Origin: Paramicrosporidium saccamoebae KSL3
Taxonomy: Eukaryota > Fungi > Cryptomycota
Assembly (NCBI GenBank): GCA_002794465.1
Contig: MTSL01000168.1
Coordinates: 5,683-36,000 of the forward strand
DNA: 30,318 bases
Reading direction: 5' to 3'
In this document: positions 28,586 to 30,318 of the stretch, piece after piece
Layout of the letters: every line of letters begins with the position of its first letter
Position numbering within the stretch: position 1 is the first letter of the stretch
Notes under the pieces: model-generated
What the model was told of the DNA's origin: nothing
The model's input: the letters and a program-made list of their open reading frames with translations, nothing else
Databases searched by the model: none
Made by a program: the position numbers and the translations under genes

Positions 28586-28613
28586 TGAGGTTTGTAGTAA
28601 AGCCCCTTTATTA
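28586..28613. repeat. Dispersed 28-nt element, copy B
   Basis: 26/28 identical to 7419-7446; begins 8 nt after the NOP9 stop. Confidence 0.85.
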
Positions 28614-28643
28614 TTTGGACCGAGATTTTGATTCGTCCGCTAT

Positions 28644-28715
28644 TATGATACTACGGGACGGTATGATATTACGGGATGGTGTGATAATATGATATCGTTA
28701 TACTATGGGATTATA
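28644..28715. repeat. 18-nt degenerate tandem repeat, ~3-4 units
   Basis: TATGATACTACGGGACGG / TATGATATTACGGGATGG / TGTGATAATATGATATCG. Confidence 0.7.
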
Positions 28716-28832
28716 TGTTACACTATCTTGCAGTTCCTGCTTGCTAATTTACTAAACAATTTCACAGGCTCTGACTTGTTGATCTACTCATAACAATTCC
28801 TAAATATCTTTGCACCCCTCGTCGGACCAATC

Positions 28833-29984
28833 ATGGAAGCCGACAACACGGAACGTGTTTTTCCGGCGTCCCCGAGCGGAAGCACCAGTCCTGTATCAGT
28901 AACGCCGCCAGGCACTCCTCAGTCTGGATGGCGATCGATATTCAAGTGGTATTGGCCCACATCCTTGGACCAAGGCGCTGCCAGCGAAAAGGTCCTTTTA
29001 CAAGAATACGGTGGAATACCGGTGGACAACACTTTACATGTGCAGCTCCAACGCGTCTCACTTGGAAGCAACACACAGCGCTTTATTAACACTCTAGTCC
29101 TCGACCAGAGTGACGTCCGTGGAAGCGCCTCGGAGCGCACCAATATCGTCCTATGTCATGGCTTTGGGGCGGGGCTGGGCTTTTTATATAAGAATCTTTG
29201 GCCGCTAAGTCGGCTGGTTCCCAATTGTCGGGTTTATGCAATTGATCTACTGGGGATGGGAAGGAGTGGACGGCCCGAATTCCCCAAATTTCAGATGAAC
29301 AATACGCAGGCCGATGCGACACGGGCGGTTGACTTTTTCCTCGACTCGTTTGAGGAGTGGCGGATGAAGCAAGATGGGCTGGAAAAGTTTGTTTTGGTGG
29401 GACATAGCATGGGCGGCTATTTGTCAGCGCTGTATGCCCTACGCCATCCCCAGAGGGTGGAGAAACTGATATTGGCTAGTCCAGTGGGATTGCCCGAACA
29501 AGTGGGCGATGGTGTGGCAGTGACTGGCCACAAGATTCCTGGTTGGATATCCCATCTATGGAATGCAAACTACACGCCCCAGGGAATGTTACGCGGACTC
29601 GGACCCCTTGGGCCACGCTTTGCCCACGGTTACATTAACAATCGCTTTGCCTATCTCCCTGAGCCTGAGCGACTCTCCCTTGCCACCTACTTTTACCACA
29701 TTTCGGCCGATCTCGGGTCGGGAGAGTATGCGCTTGCCGCACTACTTGCACCCGGTGCTTGGGCACGCGAGCCGTTGCATTCCAGGCTGCCCAAGCTGAC
29801 AATGCCCACAACGTTCATGTATGGGGAGAATGACTGGATGGACAAGAGACATGCAGTAGCGGCCGCAGAAAAGATGACTGTGGAAGTGGATATTGTTAGT
29901 GTGCCACAGGCTGGACACCATTTGAATTTGGACAATCCGCAAGAGTTTAATAGAATAGTGGCAGCCCAAGTTATGAATATATAG
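28833..29984 (+). CDS. Alpha/beta hydrolase, ABHD4/ABHD5/Cld1/Ict1 family (phospholipase/acyltransferase), 383 aa
   Basis: VLCHGFGAGLG, VYAIDLLGMGRSGRP, nucleophile elbow GHSMGG with Ser present, LILASPVG, YGENDWM and C-terminal HxxxxD (HHLNLDNP). Confidence 0.9.
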   Translation: MEADNTERVFPASPSGSTSPVSVTPPGTPQSGWRSIFKWYWPTSLDQGAASEKVLLQEYGGIPVDNTLHVQLQRVSLGSNTQRFINTLVLDQSDVRGSASERTNIVLCHGFGAGLGFLYKNLWPLSRLVPNCRVYAIDLLGMGRSGRPEFPKFQMNNTQADATRAVDFFLDSFEEWRMKQDGLEKFVLVGHSMGGYLSALYALRHPQRVEKLILASPVGLPEQVGDGVAVTGHKIPGWISHLWNANYTPQGMLRGLGPLGPRFAHGYINNRFAYLPEPERLSLATYFYHISADLGSGEYALAALLAPGAWAREPLHSRLPKLTMPTTFMYGENDWMDKRHAVAAAEKMTVEVDIVSVPQAGHHLNLDNPQEFNRIVAAQVMNI

Positions 29985-30057
29985 TGAGTGGGCCCCCTAG
30001 ATTATGCATACAGTGAGTGTAGGCCCACGGATTATTAATATAGTGGATAAGTCCCAC
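29979..30057. repeat. 29-30-nt degenerate tandem repeat, ~2.7 units, starting across the hydrolase stop codon
   Basis: ATATAGTGAGTGGGCCCCCTAGATTATGC / ATACAGTGAGTGTAGGCCCACGGATTATTA / ATATAGTGGATAAGTCCCAC. Confidence 0.7.
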
Positions 30058-30266
30058 TTCAAACGTGACTAAACAACTCCCACTATATGTGCAGGTCAGA
30101 TTACCAAAGACTTTTCAGGGTTACAAGACTAGCTCGACGGGGTATATCCCGGAACTTGGTCTCTCAACTTCGCCTTTTCATCATCATTCCCTAACGCGCA
30201 GGGATACAGCGTTACGGCACAAATACTATAGACGATAGAATAATCACATACTGACCTACGACAGAT

Positions 30267-30318
30267 GGTCCTTTAGCTCAGTCGGTTAGAGCGTGGTGCT
30301 AATAACGCCAAGGTCGGC
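30267..30318 (+). tRNA. tRNA-Ile(AAT), truncated by the window end
   Basis: GGTCCTTTAGCTCAGTCGGTTAGAGCGTGGTGCTAATAACGCCAAGGTCGGC: D-arm AGCTCAGTCGGTTAGAGC, anticodon loop CTAATAA. Confidence 0.92.

Overview
This is a very compact eukaryotic genomic segment, not a prokaryotic one. I count about 21 protein-coding genes and 2 tRNA genes in 30.3 kb, with short intergenic gaps and tiny (29-37 nt) GT-AG introns. The flanks carry housekeeping genes: U2AF1, an SFP1-type zinc finger, a miniature ASPM-like spindle protein, an MFSD6-like transporter, HAUS6, MCCC2, a RUFY-type RUN protein, HROB, TIM17, NOP9, an ABHD4/CLD1-type hydrolase, tRNA-Val(AAC) and a truncated tRNA-Ile(AAT). The mix of a fungal-type SFP1, genes lost in yeasts (ASPM, HAUS6, HROB, RUN), mitochondrial genes and strong compaction suggests an early-diverging fungal relative such as a Rozellomycota/Paramicrosporidium-like parasite. 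That assignment is inference only. The centre of the window (12.2-24.7 kb) is a tandem array of eight paralogous type II membrane proteins of a family I cannot name. Their motif order (EPD, HxNGNA, DTD, HGG) mirrors a GT-A glycosyltransferase. Five copies keep the motifs and three intact ORFs have lost most of them, apparently in two independent events. A ninth, unrelated DxD glycosyltransferase-like gene with reading-frame interruptions sits inside the array. Intergenic regions carry many locus-specific degenerate minisatellites and two pairs of short dispersed repeats. All alignments and family calls were made by eye from recalled motifs; no searches were run.
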